NCBI GenBank assembly: GCA_964583375.1
Contig: CAZOWC010000001.1
Span: 1 to 32,504 of the forward strand
Reading direction: 5' to 3'
Length of the DNA: 32,504 nt
Origin: an uncultured Flavobacteriaceae bacterium
GTDB taxonomy: Bacteria; Bacteroidota; Bacteroidia; Flavobacteriales; Flavobacteriaceae
The position numbers and the translations under genes were made by a program. Position 1 is the first letter of the stretch. Every line of letters starts with the position of its first letter. Below, piece after piece: positions 25,251 through 32,504 of this stretch. Under the pieces are notes generated by a model. The model was not told the DNA's origin and made no database searches. It saw only the letters and a program-made list of their open reading frames with translations.

Positions 25251-27228
25251 CCAATAAAATCATCCCTTGACTTTCAATTCCTTTAAGGCTTCTGGGTTTT
25301 AAATTAGCTAATAAAGTTACCTTTTTACCCACCAATTCGGCTTCTTGAAAGTCGGTAGCAATACCCGAAACTACAGTACGTTCCTCATCTCCCATTCGAA
25401 CAGTAAGCTTCATTAATTTTTTGGTCTTTCGTACCTTTTTAGCTTGTATGATTTCTGCCACTCTCAGGTCCAAAGCATCAAAATCTTTAAATGAAGTTGT
25501 GGGCTTTACTGGAGCTAATTGCTTTTCCTCTAAATTATTTTCTATAGAGGCAGCGGTTAATTTTTCTCGCTGGGCGTCCATTTGTGCATCTTCAATTTGT
25601 TTAAATAACAAAGCCGTTTTTCCCAGGAGATGTTTTGGTTCAAACAGTGCTTTTTGAGCTTCTACAGCAGCCCAACTTGTGCTTTTAGAATCTAAATTGA
25701 GCATCTTTTTAAGCTTAGTAGAGCTAAAGGGCAGTAAAGGTTCAGAAAGTATTGCCAGTGCAGAAGAAATCTGTAGGGCAGTATTCATGATTGTTTTTAC
25801 TCGTTTGGGGTCTGTTTTGATAAGTTTCCAAGGTTCTGCGTCTGCTAAGTATTTATTGCCTAAACGAGCCAATCCCATCAGTTGTTGACTGGCTTCCCTA
25901 AAGCGATAGTTTTCAATAGCATATCCAATTTTAGCAGGAAGTTTAGCCAAGGTTTCTAAAGCGCCTTGATCCTCCTTCTCTAGTTTGCCCGGCTCTGGAA
26001 CATAGCCATCGTAATATTTATGAGTTAAGACCATTACGCGATTGATAAAGTTTCCGAAAATAGCAACCAATTCATTGTTGTTTCTCGCCTGGAATTCTTC
26101 CCAAGTAAAGTCGTTATCCTTGGTTTCAGGTGCATTGGCTGTCAATACATAGCGTAAAACATCTTGTTGATCGGGAAACTCTTTCAAATATTCGTGTAAC
26201 CACACCGCCCAGTTTTTTGAAGTCGAAATTTTTTGTCCTTCCAGATTTAAAAATTCGTTGGCAGGTACGTTTTTTGGAAGTATGTAGCGATCGGATGCTT
26301 TGAGCATGATGGGAAAAATGATACAGTGAAAGACAATATTGTCTTTCCCAATAAAATGAACCAATTGAGTTTCTTTATCAGTCCAATAGGGTTTCCATTC
26401 TTTCCTGTTAATTTCTGCCCATTCTTTGGTGGATGAGATATAACCGATGGGGGCATCAAACCAGACATAAAGCACCTTTCCTTCGGCATTTTCCACGGGA
26501 ACAGAAATCCCCCAGTCAAGATCACGGGTTACGGCTCGAGCTTGTAAGCCATTGCTTACCCAAGATTTTACTTGACCGTAAACATTGGGTTTCCAATCGT
26601 GCTGATGGCCTTCCAAAATCCATTCTTTGATAAAATGCTCATATTTGTTTAAAGGAAGGTACCAATGTTTTGTTTTTTTAAGTTCAGGTTTAGCCCCACT
26701 TAAAGTTGATTTGGGATGAATAAGTTCAGTTGTACTTAAACTACTACCACAGCTTTCACATTGATCTCCATAGGCTTCTGGATTTTGACAGATGGGGCAG
26801 GTACCAGTTACAAAGCGGTCTGCTAAAAATTGCTCTGCTTCGGGATCGTATAGTTGTTCTGAATCTTTTTCTTCAAAGATACCTTTGTCATAGAGAATTT
26901 TAAAAAACTCCTGGGCAGTCTCGTGATGAATTTTCCGAGAAGTACGAGAATAGTGGTCAAATGCAATACCAAAAGAGTCAAAAGACTCACGAATGAGTTG
27001 GTCGTACTGATCGATGATTTGTTGAGGAGTTTTCCCTTCTTTTTTTGCTTTTAAGGCAATGGCTACTCCGTGTTCGTCACTCCCACAAATAAAGGCTACG
27101 TCCTTGTCCTGTAAACGCAAATAACGGCTGTATATATCAGCTGGGATATAAACTCCTGCGAGATGTCCAATGTGAATTGGGCCGTTAGTATAAGGAAGGG
27201 CAGCAGTAACTGTATAGCGTTTCGGCAT
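25174..27228 (-). CDS. metG: methionine--tRNA ligase with C-terminal tRNA-binding domain
   Basis: 684 aa with HIGH-type motif [17 protein letters not shown]-type KISTSK, the zinc knuckle CPICQ...CESCG, and a C-terminal Trbp111-like domain. Confidence 0.95.
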   Translation of the reverse strand: MPKRYTVTAALPYTNGPIHIGHLAGVYIPADIYSRYLRLQDKDVAFICGSDEHGVAIALKAKKEGKTPQQIIDQYDQLIRESFDSFGIAFDHYSRTSRKIHHETAQEFFKILYDKGIFEEKDSEQLYDPEAEQFLADRFVTGTCPICQNPEAYGDQCESCGSSLSTTELIHPKSTLSGAKPELKKTKHWYLPLNKYEHFIKEWILEGHQHDWKPNVYGQVKSWVSNGLQARAVTRDLDWGISVPVENAEGKVLYVWFDAPIGYISSTKEWAEINRKEWKPYWTDKETQLVHFIGKDNIVFHCIIFPIMLKASDRYILPKNVPANEFLNLEGQKISTSKNWAVWLHEYLKEFPDQQDVLRYVLTANAPETKDNDFTWEEFQARNNNELVAIFGNFINRVMVLTHKYYDGYVPEPGKLEKEDQGALETLAKLPAKIGYAIENYRFREASQQLMGLARLGNKYLADAEPWKLIKTDPKRVKTIMNTALQISSALAILSEPLLPFSSTKLKKMLNLDSKSTSWAAVEAQKALFEPKHLLGKTALLFKQIEDAQMDAQREKLTAASIENNLEEKQLAPVKPTTSFKDFDALDLRVAEIIQAKKVRKTKKLMKLTVRMGDEERTVVSGIATDFQEAELVGKKVTLLANLKPRSLKGIESQGMILLGENQGGHFVFVVPEDQTTVAGTRIK

Positions 27229-27246
27229 GTGGGTATTAAATTTCCC

Positions 27247-27254
27247 TCAAAAAT
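27247..27254 (-). promoter_or_regulatory. candidate -7 box (TATTTTTG) for metG
   Basis: The plus strand reads CAAAAATA, so the minus strand is a perfect TAnnTTTG. It lies 18 nt upstream of the metG ATG. Confidence 0.35.
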
Positions 27255-27317
27255 ACATAAATCTCAACCTTTTTAAGCTCTGAGATTGTATCTTTAATTA
27301 TCTCTAAATCAAAACTA

Positions 27318-27673
27318 ATTGCTCAACACAAACGCTTTGGAAATGAAGCGGAAGAAAAAGCCTTGGATTATTTAGATCAAAAAGGCTATACACATCTGGA
27401 AAAAATTACTACCACGGTCATGCAGAAATAGATCTTCTGATGCGGAAGAAGGAAAAGTTAATTTTTTTCGAGGTAAAAGCAAGAAGTGCAGATTTCTTTG
27501 GGACTCCACAAAGCTTTATCTCTTCTAAAAAAATCAATTAATTGTTAGTTTATCATTATATGGGAAGTAAGCGATTTGGATTTAGAGGTGCGTTTCGATG
27601 TGATCGCCATTTCAAAAAGGGTGAAAAATGGTGTAGCAAACATCTTAAAAACGCATTTTATGCCCGGCAATGA
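27318..27673 (+). pseudogene. yraN: decayed YraN-family (UPF0102) endonuclease gene with about four frameshifts and no canonical start
   Basis: Homologous pieces lie in different frames. Frame 0: (I)AQHKRFGNEAEEKALDYLDQKGYTHLEK. Frame 2: NYYHGHAEIDLLMRKKEKLIFFEVKARSADFFGTPQSFISSKKIN*. Frame 1: QLIVSLSLYGK*. Frame 0: DLDLEVRFDVIAISK. Frame 2: KGEKWCSKHLKNAFYARQ*. The ORF track reports no ORF of 60 aa or more here. Confidence 0.6.
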
Positions 27674-27705
27674 TGTCTTATATTTAACATTTTGTGTTAA
27701 ATAAT

Positions 27706-27713
27706 TACTTTTG
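27706..27713 (+). promoter_or_regulatory. candidate -7 box (TACTTTTG) for the 27734 gene
   Basis: Perfect TAnnTTTG 20 nt upstream of the ATG at 27734. Confidence 0.3.
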
Positions 27714-27733
27714 TTAAATAAAAGTAAATATGA

Positions 27734-28393
27734 ATGAAAACAATTGCTGCCACGGTTGTAGATTATATCAAGACCAAGCCCTACCTTTCCTATGCCCTTT
27801 CAGATGGGATTATTAATCTTACTTCACTAGCTAGAAATATCCAGGACGATATTGAAGAACTGACTAAAAAGCCAGTAAAACCGGGTGCTATAGTTATGGC
27901 CTTGAAGCGAATATCGGATACGGCTGATTTTGTTCAAACCAAACAGATTACTATGGTACTTAAGAATTTGGGAGACATTACCGTTCGTTCCTCATTGGTT
28001 GATTACTCTTTTTTAATTTCAGATAGCTTGTTGGTGGCTCAATCCAATCTTTTGAATGAGATAGAACAAAAAAAGGAAGTTTTTTATACTTCCTCTCGGG
28101 GGGTCTCAGAGAGTAATATTATTGTGAGTCAAAATATAGCTCCTCTGGTTGATGAACTATTTAAAGATGAAAGCTGTTTTTCCAAGACTGAAAACCTTTC
28201 TTCTATCACCATGAAACTGCCGTCAGAAAACGTGACTATACCGGGGATTTATTACTTTATTTTCCAACGCTTGTCTTGGGAGGGAGTCAATATCAACGAG
28301 GTGATTTCTACTTCCAACGAATTTACTATACTGATGCACGAAGATCAGGTAAATACTGCTTTTAAAGTAATCAAGAATTTGAAGCTGCTGTAG
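27734..28393 (+). CDS. conserved hypothetical protein, possibly with a C-terminal ACT-like domain
   Basis: 219 aa. The C-terminal segment SITMKLPSENVTIPGIYYFIFQRLSWEGVNINEVISTSNEFTILMHEDQVNTAFKVIKNL has the pattern of an ACT fold as in aspartokinase regulatory domains. The functional call is tentative. Confidence 0.5.
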   Translation: MKTIAATVVDYIKTKPYLSYALSDGIINLTSLARNIQDDIEELTKKPVKPGAIVMALKRISDTADFVQTKQITMVLKNLGDITVRSSLVDYSFLISDSLLVAQSNLLNEIEQKKEVFYTSSRGVSESNIIVSQNIAPLVDELFKDESCFSKTENLSSITMKLPSENVTIPGIYYFIFQRLSWEGVNINEVISTSNEFTILMHEDQVNTAFKVIKNLKLL

Positions 28394-31300
28394 GTAGCAG
28401 GAGTTTTTCTAGCAGTTCTTTTGCAGTTGTGATACGGTAAACATTGTCAATTCTCAAAAGGAGTTTTAAGCCTTGATCTGTAGTTTTTTCTTTGAGCATC
28501 ATACGGTTTTGATTTTGCTGAACCTCTGAAATAATATAAGTAAAATGCGCAGTCTGGAAAAAGGCACTCTGCTGATCGGCTAAAAAGTAGCAGATACAGC
28601 TTTTCTTTTTAATCAGTAGTCGCTCCATTCCAAGTTGGGTGGCTATCCATTTTAAACGGACACTTTCGATCAATTCTTTAGCCTCATCTGGCAGGGGTCC
28701 AAAACGATCGATGAGTTGGGTTTCAAAATCGTTTAATTCATCCTGAGTTTTCAGCGTACTTAGTTTTTGATATAAAGCCAAACGCTCTTTGACGATATTG
28801 ATGTAGTCGTCAGGAAGATACACTTCTAAGTCTGTATCGATTTGAACCTCTTTGACATAGGTTTTTAAACTGTCGCTTTGCTCGTCTTGATAGAGGGTTT
28901 TAAATTCATTCTCCTTGAGTTCATCGATGGCCTCTTGGAGAATTTTTTGATAGGTTTCAAATCCAATTTCATTGATAAAACCACTCTGCTCTCCACCTAG
29001 GAGATCACCTGCGCCGCGAATTTCCAGATCTTTCATGGCAATCTGAATACCTGATCCCAAAGCTGAAAACTGTTCGATAGTTCGGATACGTTTTTGGGCA
29101 TCACTGCTCATCGCGCTAAGTGGCGGGGTTAGAAAATAACAAAAGGCCTTTTTGTTGCTTCGACCTACACGACCTCTCATTTGGTGTAAATCGCTTAAGC
29201 CAAAATTTTGTGCGTTGTGGATAAACATCGTATTTGCATTGGGAACATCCATTCCATTTTCAACTATGGTAGTTGCAATAAGAATGTCAAACTTTCCCTC
29301 CATAAAACCTAAGAGGTTTTTTTCAAGTTTGTTCCCTTCCATTTGTCCGTGACCGACACCCACCCTAGCGTCGGGTATTAACCGCTGTATAAGACCAGCA
29401 ATTTCCTTTATATTTTCAACTCTATTATGAATAAAATAGACCTGACCGCCACGTTGTAATTCATAGAGAATACCATCGCGTATTTGAGTTTCGCTAAAAC
29501 GGATTACTTCGCTTTCTATGGGATAGCGATTAGGTGGAGGAGTGGCAATAAGAGACAAATCTCGAGCTGCCATGAGGCTGAATTGTAATGTTCTAGGAAT
29601 GGGAGTAGCTGTAAGCGTCAATACATCAATATTAGCTTTAAGCGATCGTATTTTTTCTTTTACTGCCACACCAAATTTTTGCTCTTCATCAACGATAAGC
29701 AAGCCGAGGTCTTTAAACTTTACGTTTTTATTAACCAATTGATGAGTCCCGATTAGGATGTCGATCTTGCCTTCAACCAGCTCGTTTAAAATCCGATTTT
29801 TATCCTTGGTCGATCGGAATCTATTCAAATAATCGACTTTTACAGGCAGCGATTGAAGTCGTGATGAAAAGGTCTTAAAATGCTGAAAAGCCAGTATGGT
29901 GGTGGGCACTAAAACCACCACTTGTTTACTGTTGTCTACAGCTTTAAATGCCGCTCGTATGGCGACTTCTGTTTTTCCAAATCCAACATCACCACAGATC
30001 AGTCTGTCCATGGGCTGGGTGGATTCCATATCCTTTTTGATGGCCGCTGTAGCCTTGCTTTGGTCAGGAGTGTCTTCAAATAAGAAGGAAGCTTCCAGTT
30101 CCCATTGAAGATAACTGTCTGGTGCATAGGCAAATCCAATTTTTTGCCTGCGTTTAGCGTAGAGTTCGATCAAATCAAAAGCAATCTCTTTGACCCTTTT
30201 TTTGGTTTTTTGTTTAAGGGCCTTCCACGCATTTGAGCCTAGTTTGTAAAGTTTAGGAACGGCTCCGTCTTTACCGTTAAACTTGCTGATTTTATGAAGG
30301 GAGTGGATACTTAGATAGAGAATGTCCCGTTCTCCATAAATCAGTTTTATAGCTTCCTGCGCATTTCCCTCAACATCAATTTTTTGCAGGCCACCAAACT
30401 TTCCGATACCGTGATCGATATGAGTTACATAGTCTCCTACTTCCATCTGGGTGAGCTCTTTTAAGCTCAGCGCTTGTTTTTTAGTGGCATCCGACTTTAG
30501 TCTAAACTTGTGATAACGCTCAAAAATCTGATGGTCTGAAAAACAAGCCCACTGTGCTTCTAAGTCCTCAAAGCCTTGGTAGAGGGGTAAAACTTCAGTG
30601 GTGTAATGGACGGTTTCTTGTTGTTCTTGAAAGATGTCGTGAAAGCGTTTCGCCTGTTGTTCGTGACTACAAAAAAGAGTGTTTCTATACCCTTTTTCGT
30701 GATTTTTATTCAGGTAGTCTATAAGAAGCTCAAACTGTTTATTAAATGCTGGCTGAGGACTTTGTTTAAAAGAAAGCTGGTCACTTAATTGTAGTTGATC
30801 AGTACGTTCCAAAAGAAAAATAGATTTTTTTTTACAGTCGTTTAGCCATTCTTGAGGGCTTACAAAAAGGGTTTCTGGAGGGTATTGTGACTCTACTTCA
30901 GCTGAAGTATAGGTTTCATCGGCTTTTTCGAAAAAACTCTTAAGTTTAGAGGTGATTTTATCTAGGTTTCCAAAGATAAAACTGCTGTTGACAGGGAAAA
31001 ATTCTAAAATGTTTCTTCGTTGATCTGTGGTCTCCAGATTAGAAGTATCGGGTAAAATTTCAATGGTATCATAAGCTGCTACTGAACGTTGATCCTCTAC
31101 GTGAAAGCTGGAGAGACGTTCTACGCTGTCGTCAAAAAATTCTATGCGATACGGGTGTTGGTAGGCAAATGAAAATACGTCTATAATTCCTCCTCTAACT
31201 GCAAATTCCCCGGGTTCGGTTACAAAATCCACCCGTTCAAAACCCATTTCAAAAAGCCGTTCATTTAGTTCCGAAAGGGCAACAACACTGTCTTTTTTTA

Positions 31301-31754
31301 AAGTTAACCCAATTCGTTTTAAAGTGCGATGTGAAATTAGTTTTTCAAAAACAGCTTGGGGATAGGTGACGACAACCCTCGGTTTTTTGGATGTACTTAG
31401 TTTTTTTAAGACTTCAGCACGAAGCAGGATGTTGGCATTGTCAGTGGTTTCTAGCGCATAGGGTTGGCGGTAACTGGCAGGAAAATAGAGTACCTCACTA
31501 GACGATAACAATTGTTCAAAATCGTTTAAAAAATAAGCTGCCTGTTCTGCATCGTTTAAAACAAGAAGTAAAAAATGTTGGTTTTTTTGAAAGGCAGCAG
31601 CCAGTCGAAAACTCATACCCGAACCGACTAAACCTCGTATATGGATACACTCTTTTACAAAAAACGCTGCTTCTAACGCTTTTTGTGAGGGTAACTGGTC
31701 AAAAACGTTTAATCGTGTATAAATTGCTTTTTTTGTTAAAGATACTGGGCTTAT
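28371..31754 (-). CDS. mfd: transcription-repair coupling factor; the first canonical start is ATG 31616, but homology extends upstream to a probable ATA/ATT start near 31754
   Basis: CarD-like domain (GDYVTHIDHGIGKF), SF2 helicase motifs (GDVGFGKTEV, DEEQKFG, TATPIPRT, QMRGRVGR), and a UvrB-homology N-terminus. The frame stays open 56 codons upstream of ATG 31616 and reads ...IHIRGLVGSGMSFRLAAAF. Confidence 0.9.
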   Translation of the reverse strand: MSPVSLTKKAIYTRLNVFDQLPSQKALEAAFFVKECIHIRGLVGSGMSFRLAAAFQKNQHFLLLVLNDAEQAAYFLNDFEQLLSSSEVLYFPASYRQPYALETTDNANILLRAEVLKKLSTSKKPRVVVTYPQAVFEKLISHRTLKRIGLTLKKDSVVALSELNERLFEMGFERVDFVTEPGEFAVRGGIIDVFSFAYQHPYRIEFFDDSVERLSSFHVEDQRSVAAYDTIEILPDTSNLETTDQRRNILEFFPVNSSFIFGNLDKITSKLKSFFEKADETYTSAEVESQYPPETLFVSPQEWLNDCKKKSIFLLERTDQLQLSDQLSFKQSPQPAFNKQFELLIDYLNKNHEKGYRNTLFCSHEQQAKRFHDIFQEQQETVHYTTEVLPLYQGFEDLEAQWACFSDHQIFERYHKFRLKSDATKKQALSLKELTQMEVGDYVTHIDHGIGKFGGLQKIDVEGNAQEAIKLIYGERDILYLSIHSLHKISKFNGKDGAVPKLYKLGSNAWKALKQKTKKRVKEIAFDLIELYAKRRQKIGFAYAPDSYLQWELEASFLFEDTPDQSKATAAIKKDMESTQPMDRLICGDVGFGKTEVAIRAAFKAVDNSKQVVVLVPTTILAFQHFKTFSSRLQSLPVKVDYLNRFRSTKDKNRILNELVEGKIDILIGTHQLVNKNVKFKDLGLLIVDEEQKFGVAVKEKIRSLKANIDVLTLTATPIPRTLQFSLMAARDLSLIATPPPNRYPIESEVIRFSETQIRDGILYELQRGGQVYFIHNRVENIKEIAGLIQRLIPDARVGVGHGQMEGNKLEKNLLGFMEGKFDILIATTIVENGMDVPNANTMFIHNAQNFGLSDLHQMRGRVGRSNKKAFCYFLTPPLSAMSSDAQKRIRTIEQFSALGSGIQIAMKDLEIRGAGDLLGGEQSGFINEIGFETYQKILQEAIDELKENEFKTLYQDEQSDSLKTYVKEVQIDTDLEVYLPDDYINIVKERLALYQKLSTLKTQDELNDFETQLIDRFGPLPDEAKELIESVRLKWIATQLGMERLLIKKKSCICYFLADQQSAFFQTAHFTYIISEVQQNQNRMMLKEKTTDQGLKLLLRIDNVYRITTAKELLEKLLLPTAASNS

Positions 31755-31796
31755 ACCAATTATTATAAGATTTGAGGAGTTCTTTTAGGGATTATT

Positions 31797-32441
31797 CTAG
31801 CTCAATTTTTCCGTAATCTCCACGACCTCTTTGCCTGTAGTGACATAAATATGATCCTCTAATTTTGGTTTTAAAATATGAAGTCCGGTAAAGGCGCCAA
31901 AAGCAGCAAGGATCAACTGAGAAGGACTGTGGTAAAAACAAGGCAGTTTGATTTGCTGTCGTCCAACCCCTTGGAGTCTTACTCCAGGATGCACATGACC
32001 GCAAAAGACGAAAGCTTGAGTATCCTGGTCTGGAAAGTGATGAAATAGAAAAGAGGCTTCTTCCAATTGAGGAACTACTTCAAGTCCCAACCCTGTGATT
32101 TTCCACTTTGGGATTACATCGTGATTTCCTGTTATCAAAACCATTTTAAAGCTTTGCTGTTTGACCCAAGCTTCAAAAAGATACCATTCGTTGTTTTGAA
32201 AGCTGTGGAATAAATCTCCTAAAAAAAGTATGCGTTTAACAGGAAAAAGGGGAAGCAGTTCCTCCATTTTTTGATAAAAAGAGCCCTCTGCCTCTCGAGG
32301 AACAGCAATACCGTTTTTCCTAAAATGGGCAACCTTACCGAGGTGGATATCTGCCAATAGCCAAGTTTGTTTTTCCTTCCAATAGACTCCTCCACTTGGG
32401 TGAAGCACAAAATGATTGGTATGGATTGAAATGGTTTTCAT
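31797..32441 (-). CDS. pdeM: ligase-associated DNA damage response endonuclease PdeM (metallophosphoesterase)
   Basis: 214 aa: LLADIHLGK...ILFLGDLFHS...ITGNHD...FCGHVHPG are calcineurin-like phosphoesterase motifs in PdeM-like order. The start overlaps the upstream gene's stop (ATGA). Confidence 0.75.
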   Translation of the reverse strand: MKTISIHTNHFVLHPSGGVYWKEKQTWLLADIHLGKVAHFRKNGIAVPREAEGSFYQKMEELLPLFPVKRILFLGDLFHSFQNNEWYLFEAWVKQQSFKMVLITGNHDVIPKWKITGLGLEVVPQLEEASFLFHHFPDQDTQAFVFCGHVHPGVRLQGVGRQQIKLPCFYHSPSQLILAAFGAFTGLHILKPKLEDHIYVTTGKEVVEITEKLS

Positions 32442-32504
32442 TTGGCTACTTTTTCCAGTTGAATGTACATTTTCTTGATGCGGTCTTCCACAGTTTCTGA
32501 GGAC
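32438..32504 (-). CDS. 3' end of an upstream gene (last 21 codons ...SSETVEDRIKKMYIQLEKVAK), possibly the Lhr-like DEXH helicase that usually precedes pdeM
   Basis: The frame is open to the window edge and ends at TGA 32438-32440, overlapping the pdeM ATG. Identity is inferred only from the usual helicase-pdeM gene order. Confidence 0.35.
   Translation of the reverse strand, partial: SSETVEDRIKKMYIQLEKVAK

Noticed and set aside
27229-27300. A short inverted repeat ATCTCA-N14-TGAGAT upstream of metG, and TTATCG-N23-CGATAA at 7751-7785
   Set aside because: The stems are only 6 bp, the loops are long and the context is AT-rich. These are not distinguishable from chance.
27318-27673. Homopolymer sequencing error as the explanation for the yraN frameshifts
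   Set aside because: It cannot be excluded without reads. However, mfd (over 3.2 kb), both AddAB-like genes and metG cross many A/T runs of 6-8 nt without disruption. The remnant also lacks a canonical start and has a frame change that is not at a homopolymer. Genuine decay is more likely.
1-32504. Search for CRISPR arrays, tRNA or rRNA genes, IS elements, integrases, prophage genes, restriction-modification or toxin-antitoxin pairs
   Set aside because: I found no regularly spaced direct repeats, no tRNA-like T-arm consensus (GGTTCGAATCC-like) and no transposase-, integrase- or phage-like ORFs. Every ORF over 140 aa is accounted for by a housekeeping or conserved-hypothetical call. The scan was by eye, so short or degenerate elements could have been missed.

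Overview
This AT-rich, densely coded window looks like core chromosome from a member of Bacteroidota, probably Flavobacteriia. Three things support that placement: perfect TAnnTTTG -7 boxes upstream of several genes, an IPExxxVDY-family gene, and a myxol-type carotenoid gene set.

Gene content, left to right:
- A tightly packed minus-strand operon acpP-fabF-rnc-IPExxxVDY-pyk.
- purN, a disrupted rnhA, a PfkB kinase and purF.
- An Fe/Mn superoxide dismutase.
- A two-gene AddAB-like helicase/nuclease pair.
- An EF-hand membrane protein.
- crtI, a ThuA-domain protein and a voltage-sensor K+ channel.
- An overlapping crtA-like/crtD/cruF/lipoprotein operon.
- Several small housekeeping or unknown genes, a histone-deacetylase-family gene and metG.
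- A decayed yraN, mfd, pdeM and the tail of a probable Lhr-like helicase.

I found no tRNA or rRNA genes, CRISPR arrays, transposases, integrases, restriction-modification, toxin-antitoxin or other recognisable defence modules. I cannot support a claim that the window holds a novel multi-gene system.

The leads most worth a second look are:
1. A tandem pair of about 75-nt sRNA-like elements between purF and sod, with compensatory base changes in their terminator stems.
2. An orphan extended hairpin plus U-tract, and palindromes, in the divergent region upstream of the carotenoid operon.
3. Lesions or non-canonical starts in nucleic-acid-processing genes: an in-frame TAG in rnhA, no ATG/GTG/TTG available for the conserved N-terminus of mfd, and a multiply frameshifted yraN.
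4. An uncharacterised lipoprotein directly abutting the myxol-type carotenoid genes (stop codon immediately followed by its ATG).

All functional calls come from my own reading of the translated ORFs and recalled family motifs. No database search was run.
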